The position numbers and the translations under genes were made by a program. From an uncultured Pseudomonadota bacterium (GTDB taxonomy: Bacteria > SAR324 > NAC60-12), in contig CAJWCD010000070.1 of assembly GCA_913020725.1 (NCBI GenBank), positions 1 to 19,173 on the forward strand: a stretch of DNA of 19,173 nucleotides, written 5' to 3'. Shown in pieces: positions 17,545-19,173 of this stretch (positions are counted from its first letter, which is position 1; the number at the start of each line of letters is the position of its first letter). The notes under the pieces are model-generated. The model did no database searches. It had not been told where the DNA came from and worked only from the letters and a program-made list of their open reading frames with translations.

Positions 17545-19173
17545 ATGCTTGAATCGGTCCTGATTGCCAATCGCGGGGAAATCGCCCGCCGCATCCTCCG
17601 CACCTGCCGCAAGCTCGGAGTCCGGACCATTGCGGTCTATTCCGAGGCGGATGCCAACGCGCTGCATGTTGAAGAGGCGGATGCTGCGTTTCAGCTAGGT
17701 GGGCTGACTCCGGCAGAATCCTACCTGCGCCTCGACAAGCTGCTGGACGTCGCCAAGCAATCCGGAGCGCAGTCGGTGCATCCGGGCTACGGGTTTCTCT
17801 CGGAAAACGCGGAATTTTCCAAGGCGTGTGTAGAGGCCGGGTTGGTGTTCATCGGGCCGACTCCGGAGGTGATCGCAGCGCTGGGCCGCAAGGACCAGGC
17901 CAAGCGCATCATGAGCGAGGCCGGGGTTCCGGTGGTTCCGGGTTATCACGAAGACGCACAGGAACCCGAAGCCTTGCTCGCTGAGGCCGAGCGCATCGGC
18001 TGGCCCATCTTGATCAAGGCGGTCGCGGGCGGCGGCGGCAAGGGTATGCGCGTGGTTACGTCTGCCGAGGCATTTGCAGATGCCCTGCAAGCAGCACAGC
18101 GCGAAGGTGCCGCCGCGTTTGGTGACGGACGGGTGCTGCTGGAACGCTATGTTGCCCATCCCCGGCACATCGAAGTGCAAATTCTCGCGGATCAGCACGG
18201 CAACACCCTGCACCTCTTCGAGCGTGAATGCTCCTTGCAGCGACGGCAGCAGAAGGTCTGGGAGGAAGCCCCCTCGGTTTTTGTGACCGACGACCTGCGC
18301 GAGCGCATCACTGCCGCCGCCGTGGCTGCCGGAAAGGCGGTCGGCTACACCAACGCCGGCACCGTGGAGTTTCTCGTTGGACCCGACCGCGAGTTCCATT
18401 TCATGGAAATGAACACGCGCCTGCAAGTCGAGCATCCTGTCACGGAACTGATCACCGGACTCGATCTCGTCGAGTGGCAACTCCGCATCGCCGACGGAGA
18501 GAAACTTCCGATCACGCAGGAGCAGGTGGGATGTTGTGGACACGCCATCGAAGTGCGGCTCTACGCGGAGCAACCCGAACAGGGTTTCCTGCCCAGCACC
18601 GGAATCTTGGAGCGACTGGAGTTCCCAGAAACCGAGGCCCGCATCGAATCCGGAGTGCGCGAGGGTGCTGCGGTTTCCGTCCACTACGACCCCATGCTGG
18701 CAAAGCTGATCGTGCTGGGAAGAAACCGTCCGGACGCCCTGCGGAAACTACGGGGGGCACTTCAGCACTGTGGGATTGCCGGACTCCACACGAACCTGCG
18801 TTTTCTGGAACAACTCGCACGGCATCCGGTCGTGGTCGCGGGTGCGGCGGACACGCTGTTTATCGAATCCCGGCTTGACGAACTGCTGAATTCGGGTTCT
18901 GGAGCGGTGGTTCATTGGTGCGCGGCTCTCCACCTGCTTCGTCGCCGCGCCGCACACGGAATGCGGAGCAAGCTCCAAGCCGCCGTCTCGCCGTGGGAGC
19001 GGTTCGACAACTGGCGCTTGTCCGGAACGGAAGCAGAAACCATTGAGTTGCAAACCATGTCCGGAGAAGTCTCGCTTGCCGTGAAGACCAGCGCACGGCA
19101 GGTTTCCGGTGGGGGCGGGGTTCAAACCCGCCCCCACCTCCCCCTGTGGTTCACGGTGGTTCAGAATGACGAA
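17545..19173 (+). CDS. Biotin carboxylase (alpha) subunit of an acyl-CoA carboxylase, methylcrotonyl/geranyl-CoA type; runs off the right edge
   Basis: Not in the ORF track. Manual translation: MLESVLIANRGEIARR, HPGYGFLSEN, KAVAGGGGKGMR, ERECSLQRRQQK, EMNTRLQVEHPVTE, YDPMLAKLI, then SPWERFDNWR; open to the window end. Confidence 0.93.
   Translation, partial: MLESVLIANRGEIARRILRTCRKLGVRTIAVYSEADANALHVEEADAAFQLGGLTPAESYLRLDKLLDVAKQSGAQSVHPGYGFLSENAEFSKACVEAGLVFIGPTPEVIAALGRKDQAKRIMSEAGVPVVPGYHEDAQEPEALLAEAERIGWPILIKAVAGGGGKGMRVVTSAEAFADALQAAQREGAAAFGDGRVLLERYVAHPRHIEVQILADQHGNTLHLFERECSLQRRQQKVWEEAPSVFVTDDLRERITAAAVAAGKAVGYTNAGTVEFLVGPDREFHFMEMNTRLQVEHPVTELITGLDLVEWQLRIADGEKLPITQEQVGCCGHAIEVRLYAEQPEQGFLPSTGILERLEFPETEARIESGVREGAAVSVHYDPMLAKLIVLGRNRPDALRKLRGALQHCGIAGLHTNLRFLEQLARHPVVVAGAADTLFIESRLDELLNSGSGAVVHWCAALHLLRRRAAHGMRSKLQAAVSPWERFDNWRLSGTEAETIELQTMSGEVSLAVKTSARQVSGGGGVQTRPHLPLWFTVVQNDE
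19108..19138. repeat. REP-like GC-rich palindrome inside the carboxylase CDS
   Basis: GGTGGGGGCGGG-GTTCAAA-CCCGCCCCCACC; perfect 12-bp arms. Confidence 0.75.

Noticed and set aside
17695..18684. 329-aa minus-strand ORF (and 18228-18878 plus ORF)
   Set aside because: Shadow and alternate frames of the biotin carboxylase, which the ORF track missed because it has no stop in the window.

Overview
Gene-dense bacterial chromosomal window with no rRNA, tRNA, CRISPR array or transposase. Minus strand, right to left: Cys-type sulfatase; a small SutA-like protein; moaE; a TdnQ/AtdA1-like gamma-glutamyl ligase; a membrane-anchored OmpA-domain protein; an rlmI-type methyltransferase; a small hypothetical; ppiD; a stand-alone DsbD N-terminal domain; then a tightly packed nbaC-azlC-azlD-acoX-acoA-acoB run (acoB truncated). 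Plus strand from 14.3 kb: FAH-family hydratase, MinD/FlhG-like ATPase, a YcaD-like MFS gene broken by a nonsense codon and a frameshift, and a biotin carboxylase alpha subunit (truncated). The most notable observations are strong enrichment of the palindrome TCCGGA (about 48 copies by hand count), a REP-like hairpin sitting in frame inside the carboxylase CDS, a SutA-like protein with a long leader, an unusual OmpA-domain architecture, and dispersed amino-aromatic catabolic genes. Gene style hints at a deltaproteobacterial-type host such as SAR324, which is inference only. All family assignments come from motif recognition, not database searches.
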